A stretch of 64,000 bases of DNA from a virus. Below, one piece after another: positions 1 to 9,365 of the stretch. The stretch is from IMG/VR virus record IMGVR_UViG_3300036985_003683, positions 23,019 through 87,018 of that record. One strand, 5' to 3'. Each line of letters begins with the position of its first letter. Position 1 is the stretch's first letter. A program made the position numbers and the translations under genes. The notes beneath the pieces are model-generated. The model worked only from the letters and a program-made list of their open reading frames with translations, was not told the DNA's origin and ran no database searches.

Positions 1-159
1 GCGTCTAATGGCGTCTGCGATTTCTGTGCGGTGCACTGAAACGTCTCGTGGAGCTTCAATGCCCAAACGTACCTTGTCTCCTCGGATTTCGATAACAGTC
101 ACAGTGACGTTATCGCCGATGACGATGGACTCATTCTTCTTCCGTGATAACACTAGCAT
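1..159 (-). CDS. csrA: Carbon storage regulator CsrA (3' end runs off the window)
   Basis: Not in the ORF track. Manual translation from ATG at 159 gives MLVLSRKKNESIVIGDNVTVTVIEIRGDKVRLGIEAPRDVSVHRTEIADAIRR, a typical CsrA. Overlaps the recA 3' end. Confidence 0.95.
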   Translation of the reverse strand, partial: MLVLSRKKNESIVIGDNVTVTVIEIRGDKVRLGIEAPRDVSVHRTEIADAIRR

Positions 160-1210
160 TCTCAGTCACTCCCCTTAAGGCGTCATTGATCTGTGGATAC
201 TTCTCCAACAGCTCCTTCCAACACAACTGTGAGTTGGCTTGTGGTTCACGAGTGAACTTCACTACTCCCGTAGGTGCAGCGTATGTGAACCAACCTCCTC
301 CTAGTACACTAATTATACCGTTCTTCGTAGCCTGTTCAAGATCCATGCCTGAAATATCATATCCGGTGGAGAAGAGGCAATCGACAGTTGCTACTTTGAA
401 GGGAGGTCCCACCTTATTCTTCCTACACGACACCGACACACGGATACCTGTAGTAACCTCCCCTGACTTGACGTACCCAACCCGCTTACATTCAAACTGC
501 ACGTTCGAGTAGAAGTACCAGGGCTTCTCAGCTAGGTACGTGACGCCCGATCCCCAAGTGAGGTCGATCTTCTCCTTGGACTGGAGCACCACTACGAGGG
601 TCACGTTCTTACTCTCCATACGTCCCTGTAGCTTTCTCATCTGCTGGGACACAATACGAGCGTGGGCGCCGAGACCCTTACCCCCTAGGGAGACCTCGTC
701 AATCATCTCATCCTTCTTCTCTCGCTTCTTCCCCTCCTCACCAGTACCGTACACCTCCTCCAGGGTTGGGGTAGCACTGAAGGTGTCCCAGGCCACTAAC
801 GTGGGTACGTTCCCAGTAACGTTCTGACAGATATGTCCCAACATCTCGAAAGCCTCTTCACAGGTTCCGGGTTGAGAAACTGCCACCTTGTTGAGGTCCA
901 GACCAATTCGCACTGCCCTCTCAGGGTCGTACGAACATTCAGTGTTCCAATAGAAGACGTTACCACCACGTCTCTGCATCTGTGACATGATGTGAGTAAC
1001 GAATGTTGTCTTGGATGCGGATGGAGGACCTATGATGGAGGTGACTCTACCATCTGGTATGCCATCACGTCCTATCAGTGCGTTGATCTTTGGACACCCT
1101 GTTGAGGTCCAACCCGACACACCAGTTGCAGGTAACGTATCCATACGGAAGGCCGAACCCTGACCGAATTGTTTGGTCAGACTCTTTAGCATGTTATCTA
1201 GTTCAGACAT
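131..1210 (-). CDS. recA: RecA/UvsX-like recombinase
   Basis: STG..INALIGRDGIPDGR, Walker A GPPSASKTT, Walker B VAWDT, ARIVSQQMRKL, KNKVGPPFK. Start moved to ATG 1210 (MSELDNML), which has GGAG upstream. Confidence 0.92.
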   Translation of the reverse strand: MSELDNMLKSLTKQFGQGSAFRMDTLPATGVSGWTSTGCPKINALIGRDGIPDGRVTSIIGPPSASKTTFVTHIMSQMQRRGGNVFYWNTECSYDPERAVRIGLDLNKVAVSQPGTCEEAFEMLGHICQNVTGNVPTLVAWDTFSATPTLEEVYGTGEEGKKREKKDEMIDEVSLGGKGLGAHARIVSQQMRKLQGRMESKNVTLVVVLQSKEKIDLTWGSGVTYLAEKPWYFYSNVQFECKRVGYVKSGEVTTGIRVSVSCRKNKVGPPFKVATVDCLFSTGYDISGMDLEQATKNGIISVLGGGWFTYAAPTGVVKFTREPQANSQLCWKELLEKYPQINDALRGVTENASVITEEE

Positions 1211-1219
1211 GGAAACTCC

Positions 1220-1278
1220 AAAAGGGAGATGGGCCGCAGTCGGAGGTGGGAGGCACTCGCGACGCAGCCACATCTCCC
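1220..1278 (-). terminator. Long GC-rich hairpin plus U4 directly upstream of the recA RBS (terminator/attenuator)
   Basis: GGGAGATG (1278-1271) pairs with CATCTCCC (1231-1224), inner stem extends, followed by TTTTGGAG. Confidence 0.55.
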
Positions 1279-1287
1279 AGATGTTAA

Positions 1288-2223
1288 CTACTCCATTGAA
1301 CCACAGTGACTGCAGTGGTCGGAGTGTAGGAAGCTCACTGATGTTCCACCCGCGACCAACCACGACAGGTCGTTCTCGCGAAGGTGTTGGAATCCAGTGA
1401 TGAGATTGATGAGGTCGTACTCTGTAGCCTCATCCCCCAAACCCTGCAGGCTTTCCGTCACACGGGTTACCTGTTGGGAGTTGAGCAGTTTCATACGACT
1501 CAGACGTCCTACCATAGCTCCGCCCTGAGGAAGTGCCTTGGTAGCGAGATGTGTGAACTCAGACGTGAAGCTGGTCGCACGTTGTAGAAGCTGCGCTACT
1601 AGTGATTCGAAAGTGTTATCGCGAATCACAGTGGCAGTGTCCATCTTCATACTCAACATACCGTTGGTACAGGCCAAACGCATGTTGTAGGGTTGAGCCC
1701 TTACTTCGCCATTGAAGGAACAGTAGATGCCCTCATGAACGATGTCGTCCACTCGTGACGGAGGTGTTTGGTGCCTCTCGGTAACAAGACCAAACCCAAT
1801 TGTGTCACCCTTGATGGATACGTTGGAGATCCCTCGAGGTTTGACCCTGTCCACCAAGCGTCTCAACATAGTCCTGTAGTCTGGGTACTCCTTGGTATGA
1901 GGAGCAACCGCCAAGATGTTCCCATCGCGGATCTTCATAACCACCGGATCGGAAACGTTACCCAACAACTCATCGAAACAAGTCTGTCGAGTAATAGGCG
2001 TCAACCGCCCCATCATAGTAGCGTCAACTCCTGTAAGGGTTTTGAATGTGGCCCCCTCGGCCCATCCAAGTTTACACTGCCCTGATGGTAGGTTGAGTGT
2101 CATCACAGTCTTGTCCACGGCCTGAAGTTGGATGTCCTTGGCCTGCACCCTCACTACCTCGGGTAGCTGCTGCTCGATGAGTGAATAACCCTCTTCCACA
2201 CCAAAAATCTGATTGGGCTGCAT
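1288..2223 (-). CDS. DUF932-like phage protein
   Basis: Motif YNMRLACTNGML. Likely start ATG 2223 after GGAGGAG; the ORF-track start lies inside a terminator. Confidence 0.5.
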   Translation of the reverse strand: MQPNQIFGVEEGYSLIEQQLPEVVRVQAKDIQLQAVDKTVMTLNLPSGQCKLGWAEGATFKTLTGVDATMMGRLTPITRQTCFDELLGNVSDPVVMKIRDGNILAVAPHTKEYPDYRTMLRRLVDRVKPRGISNVSIKGDTIGFGLVTERHQTPPSRVDDIVHEGIYCSFNGEVRAQPYNMRLACTNGMLSMKMDTATVIRDNTFESLVAQLLQRATSFTSEFTHLATKALPQGGAMVGRLSRMKLLNSQQVTRVTESLQGLGDEATEYDLINLITGFQHLRENDLSWLVAGGTSVSFLHSDHCSHCGSME

Positions 2224-2264
2224 ATGCTCCTCCACTTTGTTAAGGAAAACTCTGAACCACGAGT

Positions 2265-2272
2265 ATTTTACC
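2265..2272 (-). promoter_or_regulatory. GGTAAAAT promoter-like -10 motif
   Basis: Recurrent GGTA(T/G/A)AAT motif lying between a terminator and an RBS. Confidence 0.5.
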
Positions 2273-2304
2273 TCAACGGCAAGAACTGTAGGAAATAAAC
2301 GATG

Positions 2305-2337
2305 AAAAATCGCACGCTCCATCCTAGAGCGTGCGAT
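2305..2337 (-). terminator. Rho-independent terminator after the SSB gene
   Basis: 11-bp stem ATCGCACGCTC/GAGCGTGCGAT followed by a T-tract on minus. Confidence 0.8.
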
Positions 2338-2362
2338 GCTTGAGTGCCACAGGTCGAATCAA

Positions 2363-3316
2363 TTATGCTGATGGAGGAGCGTCAGCAAATGGGGGTGTTT
2401 CGACCTCAGCGACCTTAGGGTCCTCCCCTCCGGTCACAACCGTGGTACTGTTTGGAGACCCCGAAGCCGCAGGGTTAGGTGCGGTAGGTGGAGCCATAGG
2501 TGCAGCGACTGAGGAAGTCCCCAACATCGGAGGGGGAGCTGCCCCCACAGTTGGAACACTCAGTGGGGTGGGAGCTGACGGAAGTGCCATAGTTCCACCC
2601 ATCGGTGGTGGTGACACGTAGCCTCCGTAAGCAGGAGCTCCACCCATTCCTGGTACAGGTACCATTCCAGGAGCGCCACCGCCCACCTGTGAAGGATCCT
2701 GACCTGCGACGATCATCTGCTGCTCCTGGTAGGAGTAGAGTCGATAGTGCTCCTTGAGGTTCGGAAGGTTGGCAAGCCAATCTTCCTTCGCTGGCATGCG
2801 TTCCCTGCCTGGCTGGGTGGTGTACTTGGTTCCCAATCCCTGACCCGACTTGGTCACAGTGACAGGATAACCCTGAACAGCATCCGCTGGATCTCCCCAA
2901 CTTGGATCCATAGCCACTGTGAGAATCCCTTCCAGAATCTGAGGGCCCACTGCAGTCACCTTGGGTTCGGGCTTGGCTGAGTTCAGAGGAATGATTCCCA
3001 TCAGGAAACGGTTGGAAGCTGACAGTTGTGAAGCTGGTTGCTTGTGTCCCGCGGCCTCGAGTTGCTTCGCGTACTCACAAACGTAACATGGCTGTCCTTC
3101 TGCCCTCAGGCATCGGACGAGTCTCCTATTAGGGCCCACGTTCCAGTGTACGACAATAGTTTCCCAAAACTCGGTACGCTTGGTACCGTCGAGCTTCATG
3201 ACGGGCAGAATTCGAAGTGGGTTCGGCCCTGGCCCTAGTTGAAATTCTGGTCCCTCTTTCAAGGTAGCCAGAGCTGAAGCGAATACTGAAGCTTGATTTG
3301 GTTCGGACATGTGCAA
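2363..3316 (-). CDS. gp32-like single-stranded DNA-binding protein
   Basis: LRILP, VHWNVG..RCL..CYVCEY Zn motif, KSGQGLGTKY, long Pro/Gly low-complexity tail; neighbours recA and uvsY-like genes. Confidence 0.75.
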   Translation of the reverse strand: MHMSEPNQASVFASALATLKEGPEFQLGPGPNPLRILPVMKLDGTKRTEFWETIVVHWNVGPNRRLVRCLRAEGQPCYVCEYAKQLEAAGHKQPASQLSASNRFLMGIIPLNSAKPEPKVTAVGPQILEGILTVAMDPSWGDPADAVQGYPVTVTKSGQGLGTKYTTQPGRERMPAKEDWLANLPNLKEHYRLYSYQEQQMIVAGQDPSQVGGGAPGMVPVPGMGGAPAYGGYVSPPPMGGTMALPSAPTPLSVPTVGAAPPPMLGTSSVAAPMAPPTAPNPAASGSPNSTTVVTGGEDPKVAEVETPPFADAPPSA

Positions 3317-3339
3317 TTCTCTTTTGTGAAAGTGTAAAG

Positions 3340-3918
3340 TTACTGTGGGTACATTTGGCGAAACCGTTCTGAGAGCCCGCCCAGTCTCTCTCCTGGAAAT
3401 GGTTCAGACTCAGGAGTTGGAACGTTCGAAGTCCGCACGGGAGTTTGCACTGCCGGGGTGACGTCTTCCTCTTCCACCTCTGGTTCTGAATACCTCATAC
3501 GCTGAGGCTGCTTACTGACTCGTACCTGCCCTCCCATTTCACCGCGTAGATTTGCGGCAATGGTAACCAACAGGTCCTTACGTTGTGCAAACCCGTCCTT
3601 TGCAGCGAATAGGACATCGGCCTGATATTGCTGCTCGTTGTAATGCTCCCAAGCTGCAATCCTTCTTGGATCTCCTTTCATCATTGCCATCACCTTCCAC
3701 TCACTAGGCGACTCCCCCAGCTGCTCCAGCTGAGACTTGGCTTCCCTAGTGACCTGTGCTTCGACTACCTCAGCGTGCAGCTTGGCATTCCGCGCGTTGC
3801 GTGACGCTTCAGCTGAGAGAGATGCCCAATACGCATATCTGCCTGCTTGAGTCTCCAGATGCTCGTTGATCAACGGCGTCCGGACGACCAATTCTGTTTG
3901 AAATGCCTGTGACTCCAT
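3340..3918 (-). CDS. UvsY-like recombination mediator
   Basis: Helical protein with YAYWASL...FAQRKDLLVTIAANLRGE pattern, located next to SSB. Confidence 0.55.
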   Translation of the reverse strand: MESQAFQTELVVRTPLINEHLETQAGRYAYWASLSAEASRNARNAKLHAEVVEAQVTREAKSQLEQLGESPSEWKVMAMMKGDPRRIAAWEHYNEQQYQADVLFAAKDGFAQRKDLLVTIAANLRGEMGGQVRVSKQPQRMRYSEPEVEEEDVTPAVQTPVRTSNVPTPESEPFPGERLGGLSERFRQMYPQ

Positions 3919-3934
3919 CTATTCTCCCCAGTTA

Positions 3935-4885
3935 TTATACCGTAATAGAGGGTGCGGTATTTTGTAAAGCATTGAAAAGTGTTGGAATCGTAAGGTTGTG
4001 GGTACCCTCTACGTAGAAAGACTCCCCCCCGTCGTTTACTGTCCGTATCAGGATGGTCTTCCAAGGACGGAAATAGGCAAGTGGATCAGACCAAGATGGA
4101 ACACGAGTTCTCCAGTCCGACGGTAGGTTCACTATGTCGAAAACCGCAGTTGTGAACACCTTGGGAAGCCTATCGGGATCGACGTTCCTGGACATGGACA
4201 ATGCCTTCAGGTAGAGCTCAGGACCATGCACTGCACACCCTACATTGACGAACACTCCACCTTCAAGATGCGACACTGATTCCACAAAACCTAGAAAGTC
4301 ATGGTGAGATGCAGTTCCAGTATGCTTCCCTGAAAAGTTGGGACAGGCGTGTATGATGTCTGCACCTATGAGTGGATGAACACTGCATGGTACGTTCCAC
4401 CTATAAGCCTCTCCCAGAACACTATACCCATTACCGTGAGCGCAGTTGTGCATCCCCACTGAAGCAGCTATGCCCAACTCAGGTGTAGCGTTTATGATGT
4501 CGTTCAAGACACTCGTTTCGTGCCACAGTCCAAACTGCCCTGCAGAGATGTGTTTCTGGACGTCCTCGCTAGTCTCACCGACGCTGCTCAATTCGTAGTC
4601 ATGTATCATGACGGAACCGTTACACGCTAGGTGAGTTATCCATCCCTGGCCCAACATCTCCATGATGATCTTGGAGCAACCACTCTTGATAACGTGCCCA
4701 CCCAGAAAGAAGATCCTGGGACGCAGCTCCTTGCGAGCCTTTTTCAAGGCACTGACAAGTGGGGGTAGGTCGGGGTGACTCCAACCTGGGTCGTATCCAG
4801 GCTCAATCAAGTCCTTGAGGTGTAGGAACGAAGACCTACTCTCCAAGGACTTTAGATTGATGCGCGAAACGTCAAACAACTTCAT
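3935..4885 (-). CDS. Deoxyhypusine-synthase-like (DHS fold) protein
   Basis: GGHVIKSG, ITHLACNGSVMIHDYE, GETSEDV..GQFG, HPLIGADIIH, GGVFVNVGCAVHGPELYLKALS motifs of an uncharacterised bacterial DHS-like family. Confidence 0.65.
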   Translation of the reverse strand: MKLFDVSRINLKSLESRSSFLHLKDLIEPGYDPGWSHPDLPPLVSALKKARKELRPRIFFLGGHVIKSGCSKIIMEMLGQGWITHLACNGSVMIHDYELSSVGETSEDVQKHISAGQFGLWHETSVLNDIINATPELGIAASVGMHNCAHGNGYSVLGEAYRWNVPCSVHPLIGADIIHACPNFSGKHTGTASHHDFLGFVESVSHLEGGVFVNVGCAVHGPELYLKALSMSRNVDPDRLPKVFTTAVFDIVNLPSDWRTRVPSWSDPLAYFRPWKTILIRTVNDGGESFYVEGTHNLTIPTLFNALQNTAPSITV

Positions 4886-4887
4886 GG

Positions 4888-5157
4888 TTAGGAATCCGCG
4901 AGCATTGGAAGACAGGCAGTGATGTGCTTGCAGTTACCTGCAGCTCCCTCTGCGTACATGCGCCGCATGACAAAGTCCTGACACGTGCAAGAGTAGGGAG
5001 TGATATTGGCGAGGGCAAGGCGCGCTGCAACTGGTGCAGAGTACCTCACCACATAGTACGCTTCCTTCTCGTTCTTGGCCAATTTCACCCCCTTGAGGAT
5101 GTCAGGGCTCTTGGATACTGTAAGTGTCGCTACGTACTCTGTTTCGCCAATTTTCAC
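4888..5157 (-). CDS. SWIM zinc-finger protein
   Basis: CTCQDF...CKH motif. Confidence 0.7.
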   Translation of the reverse strand: MKIGETEYVATLTVSKSPDILKGVKLAKNEKEAYYVVRYSAPVAARLALANITPYSCTCQDFVMRRMYAEGAAGNCKHITACLPMLADS

Positions 5158-5167
5158 AACTCACTCC

Positions 5168-7747
5168 TCAAGAACATCCCGTGGTAGTTCCACACTGACC
5201 ACACTTGAAGCACGTACCACTACGTACCATCAGGGTTCCACAATCAGAACAAAATGGATTGTCTGAACTTGTAGATTCTACGGGAATCTTCAGATAAGTT
5301 ACCTCGAGCCAGTGTGCGATGCAGTCAAGGATGCTTGAGTAAAAGTGAGTACGTTCCAAACCGGGCAGCTTGACTGGGCCAGCGGGTTCGAACTTCTGAT
5401 GTCGGAGCAGCTCCACGTATGTGGATAGAGGCACTCCGTACTGTAGGCCCACCGAGATACCTATGGCGGTACTATTCAGTAGTCCCTGAAGTGTTGAACC
5501 CGACTTGGAAGCTGTGATGAACAGTTCTCCCAATGTACCATCTTCGAAACACCCCGTGTGGATGTACACCTCGATGCCCGCCAGTGCGAACTTCACCCTG
5601 TCGCCCTTGCATACTTGTGGAAGCTTCTTGCGCAGTGGTGTGCTGGTAGATGTAGTCGCCGTGGCCGTCTTGTCGGAAGTATTTACGGGCTGACTGCCCT
5701 TGGAACCATCTCTGTAGATAGCCATCGACTTCAGTCCCAGAGAGTGAGCTAGTTCGTAAGCTCCCTGGACGTCGTCCACTGTGGAAGAATTTGGCATGTT
5801 GATAGTCTTACTGATAGCGCCAGAGAGGAAGGGCTGCACTGCTGCCATCATCAGTACGTGACCCTTCCAGCTGATTGTCCTCTCAGCACCTAAGGCAGTA
5901 TCGAATACTGCTTTGTGACTCTCAGCGACAGCTTCGCACTTGGCAATGTTACCGTGCTGCAAGATGTACTCTTGGATCTCGTCAATCTCTCTCAGGGAGT
6001 AACCCAAGTGTATCAACGCAGGCTCCACGGACTGATTGACGATCTTCTCCACCGATCCCTTCGTACCGTGTATCTGTTTGTACTTGACCAAAGCCAGATC
6101 GGGTTCGACCCCGGTAGTATCACATCCCATAAAGAGACCAATGGTCCCAGTTGGTGCCAACACAGTCACCTGTGCATTTCTCACTGGTTTGTCGTATGTG
6201 GCGTTGAACAGTCGCTCAGCTTCCAACAGCATGAGTCCATATTCACCCGTGCGATTACCCACTTTGTCCAAAGCACTACAGTGCATGGCTATGACCTTAC
6301 GCACATGTTGAGCATTGGCAGCGTAGCGATCGAATGCTCCCATAGCAGCTGCCACCTCCGATGACTGATGGTAGGCAACAGCCTGCATGTACGCTGTGAT
6401 AGCAGCGGCTGTGTCACGTCCACTGTCGGAATCGTACGCTATTCCAGAACGCATCAACAGCGCTCCCAAATTAGCATATCCCAATCCCAGAGTTCTGAAC
6501 TTTCGAGTTTGAATCGTCAGACGCTCGTTAGGATAGTGAGCTTCATCGATTACGATGTCCATGGCAGTGATCATAATGCGGATCACGCGTTCGAACATCT
6601 TGTAGTCGAATACAAGCTTCTCCCCCTGCCTATGAAGCAGCGTTACGAGATTGATGCTGGACAGGTTGCAACTCGTATCGTCCAAAAACATGTATTCAGA
6701 GCACGGATTGGATCCACGAATTTCACCATCCTCTGGACACGTATGCCACTCGTTGATGATGTCATGGAACTGCACTCCCGGACAGCCGTTAGTCCAAGCA
6801 CTACCAGCCAAGCGTTTCATAAGTTCGCGTGCGTCCAGACGCATCACCTCCTGACCAGACTTACGTCCAATCAGTGCCCAATCCTCCCCATCAGCGACTG
6901 CGTCCATGAAGGCATCTGGGATGCGTACTGAGTTATTGGCGTTCTGCCATGGAACATCTTTGTAGATGCCTGTGTCCCAATCAGAACTGAAGCCTGCCTC
7001 GATGAGCGTGTGGGCAACCTTTTCAGCATGCTCCTTCAGCCCTATGAAGTCGATGATGTCTGGATGGTCGATATCCAGAATACGCATCAGTGCACCTCGA
7101 CGTGCCCTCCCGCCTGACTTCATAGCTCCACAGGCAAAGTCCAGAGCCTTCATGAATGGGATGGGTCCGGAAGCTTGTCCACCCTTTCCCAATTGCTCTG
7201 CTGAACCTCGTATGTGTGACATGTTCACACCATTACCAGATCCTCGACGGAACACTTCCATCTCGGTGGTGAAGAGACCCTCGATTGACTCCAGAGTATC
7301 TTCCACTGACGAAATGAAGCACGCTGAACACTGCTGTTCTGGGTCAGGCGTTCCCACATTGAACCATACTGGTGAGTTGAACGCTGCCTTCTGCGTGATC
7401 AGGATGTACGAGAGGTCGGAGTAGAAGTTCTCGCGCTCATCCACAGTGATGAAGTATCCCTGATGGAATCCCCAATCGGAGATACGTCGGGCGACACGTT
7501 CGATCAACTGACGGATGGACGTTTCACGTTCGGGTGTACCCAGATTCCCATAGAAGTACTTGTGTACTGCCACACGAACTGACAACTCATCCCAAAACTC
7601 AGGAACTTCCACTCCCAGCTGTTCAAACACCACCTGACCAGATGGATCGATGATACGTACATCGCGTCTGACCCATTTCACACTGTCTAGGGGATTCAGA
7701 CTGGGGGACACTGTTAGGCCACTGAATAACGACATTCCAAACTCCAT
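5168..7747 (-). CDS. nrdJ: Class II (adenosylcobalamin-dependent) ribonucleotide reductase
   Basis: FNSPVWFN, QCSACFI, NPCSEY, APTGTIG, SGAISKTINMP, YRDGSK, C-terminal Zn ribbon. Confidence 0.95.
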   Translation of the reverse strand: MEFGMSLFSGLTVSPSLNPLDSVKWVRRDVRIIDPSGQVVFEQLGVEVPEFWDELSVRVAVHKYFYGNLGTPERETSIRQLIERVARRISDWGFHQGYFITVDERENFYSDLSYILITQKAAFNSPVWFNVGTPDPEQQCSACFISSVEDTLESIEGLFTTEMEVFRRGSGNGVNMSHIRGSAEQLGKGGQASGPIPFMKALDFACGAMKSGGRARRGALMRILDIDHPDIIDFIGLKEHAEKVAHTLIEAGFSSDWDTGIYKDVPWQNANNSVRIPDAFMDAVADGEDWALIGRKSGQEVMRLDARELMKRLAGSAWTNGCPGVQFHDIINEWHTCPEDGEIRGSNPCSEYMFLDDTSCNLSSINLVTLLHRQGEKLVFDYKMFERVIRIMITAMDIVIDEAHYPNERLTIQTRKFRTLGLGYANLGALLMRSGIAYDSDSGRDTAAAITAYMQAVAYHQSSEVAAAMGAFDRYAANAQHVRKVIAMHCSALDKVGNRTGEYGLMLLEAERLFNATYDKPVRNAQVTVLAPTGTIGLFMGCDTTGVEPDLALVKYKQIHGTKGSVEKIVNQSVEPALIHLGYSLREIDEIQEYILQHGNIAKCEAVAESHKAVFDTALGAERTISWKGHVLMMAAVQPFLSGAISKTINMPNSSTVDDVQGAYELAHSLGLKSMAIYRDGSKGSQPVNTSDKTATATTSTSTPLRKKLPQVCKGDRVKFALAGIEVYIHTGCFEDGTLGELFITASKSGSTLQGLLNSTAIGISVGLQYGVPLSTYVELLRHQKFEPAGPVKLPGLERTHFYSSILDCIAHWLEVTYLKIPVESTSSDNPFCSDCGTLMVRSGTCFKCGQCGTTTGCS

Positions 7748-7765
7748 ATCAGATGTGAAAAGGTG

Positions 7766-8491
7766 CTACTTCTTACGTGCTGCGGGTTCCCAAATGATCT
7801 TGTGCAACTGGAGGGATAACTGTAGAGGGGCCAGTGAGGGGTCACTACTGAGTATCGCGCCCGCGAGTCCCTTAACTCCCAACTGACCTTCCCACACGGG
7901 ACTGAAGAGTGCAGTTGCTTCACAAGATATCAGACGCTGGGATGCCAAGTGTTCTACGGCTTGTTCCCAGTCTTCCATGTCTGACACTACATACTTGATA
8001 GTGTCACGTTTGCGCAAGAAGGTGAAAGCAGCTTGCTTCATCTTCTTGGTCATACCACTCTTGGTCAACTTGTAGTCCACACAAATGCTCACGCGCTCTC
8101 CAACCCCGTTGGCTCCGAGCTCATCAATGAGAGTGTACGTAGGCATGTGTCCGCCGGTCTCGATCACTATGTAGTAACTGGCTTCTACCAGCTTCAGAAT
8201 GAGGGCCAACATGTGTTCTGGATTCTGTTGGAGGGGATCTCCACCAGTGATGCACACGTCGTTATAGGTAGCCCCGAACCCCTTTACAGTGCTCACGACG
8301 TCGTCCACAGAGACGTATTCGCCCTCTTGGACTTCAGACGCAGCCTTGCCAAAGGGCAAACCGTAGGGGGTGTCGCACCAAACACATCTCAAGGAACATC
8401 CCTGAGTGCGAACAAAGATGGTGGGATATCCTGCACGGATACCCTCCCCTTGTAAAGATGGGTAAACCTCATTGATGTGTAACTCGTTCAT
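7766..8491 (-). CDS. queE: 7-carboxy-7-deazaguanine synthase (radical SAM)
   Basis: SLQGEG, CSLRCVWCDT, ITGGDP, IETGG, SLQLHKIIW. Confidence 0.93.
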   Translation of the reverse strand: MNELHINEVYPSLQGEGIRAGYPTIFVRTQGCSLRCVWCDTPYGLPFGKAASEVQEGEYVSVDDVVSTVKGFGATYNDVCITGGDPLQQNPEHMLALILKLVEASYYIVIETGGHMPTYTLIDELGANGVGERVSICVDYKLTKSGMTKKMKQAAFTFLRKRDTIKYVVSDMEDWEQAVEHLASQRLISCEATALFSPVWEGQLGVKGLAGAILSSDPSLAPLQLSLQLHKIIWEPAARKK

Positions 8492-9024
8492 GGTACCTCC
8501 TTATGAATGGGACGTTGGTGGGAAGCCTTGATAATATCGGTAGTGGACCATGTCCCCAGAAGATTCAGACGCACTATCTGAACTCCGTGTATCTGGTCTT
8601 CCTTGGAACACTTAAACGCTGGACGTTCTTCGCTATGTCCGTGTACCACTACCTGGGGCTGCAGTAGGTGTACCAGATGCTCGGGATGAGGCTCGTCAAA
8701 CTGTAGAATGTAGTCCACTTCAGAAACGTTAGCCACCATCAACTTACGTGCGTAGGTGTCCCAAATTGGTTCACGCTTCTTGTATGAGCGGATGGATACG
8801 TCTGAATTCACAGCCACGACGAGGAGGGCTCCCTCTGTATGAGCTGCCCTTCCTGCACGTGTTAGAAAGGACAGATGGCCTGGATGAAAGAGGTCAAAGC
8901 ACCCAGAAGTGAACCAGATGCTACCACCAGTACCCCTGTGTGGATTATCTCGACGCAATTTCAAAATGCGCGAGAACTCTTCCACTCCGATGAATTTGGT
9001 CTCCTGGGACACAAACTCCATCAT
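8488..9024 (-). CDS. HldE domain-II-like (heptose-1-P) nucleotidyltransferase
   Basis: TSGCFDLFHPGH, VAVNSDVSIRSYK, C-terminal STT. Confidence 0.75.
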   Translation of the reverse strand: MMEFVSQETKFIGVEEFSRILKLRRDNPHRGTGGSIWFTSGCFDLFHPGHLSFLTRAGRAAHTEGALLVVAVNSDVSIRSYKKREPIWDTYARKLMVANVSEVDYILQFDEPHPEHLVHLLQPQVVVHGHSEERPAFKCSKEDQIHGVQIVRLNLLGTWSTTDIIKASHQRPIHKEVP

Positions 9025-9365
9025 AGCTGATCTCCCACTTCCACTCGAATAGAGTCTGCCTCGAAGTGTTGAGTGCTCACTTCGAGAATGACATTGACTT
9101 CCTCAACTCCCGTAAACCTGTGCTTCTGGTATGGGAAAATATCCACGGTCATACCAGGGGTCATGAACCGTACCTCTCCCTCGAGCTCCATCTTGATCTG
9201 CCCCTTTAGGACGTGAAAGGTCTCGGTCTTCTGTTCATGGTAGTGGAGACTACACCTCTTGCTAGGAAGCACTGTGAGTAGTTTACCACAATACAGAGCG
9301 GAATTGGAGACCCACTCTTCGCGTCCCCATCCCTTAGGCACTACCTTTATGAATGAGCGAATCAT
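9021..9365 (-). CDS. Cupin (sugar-phosphate isomerase-like)
   Basis: KGWGREEW, SLHYHEQKTETF, HRF, EVST. Confidence 0.75.
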   Translation of the reverse strand: MIRSFIKVVPKGWGREEWVSNSALYCGKLLTVLPSKRCSLHYHEQKTETFHVLKGQIKMELEGEVRFMTPGMTVDIFPYQKHRFTGVEEVNVILEVSTQHFEADSIRVEVGDQL

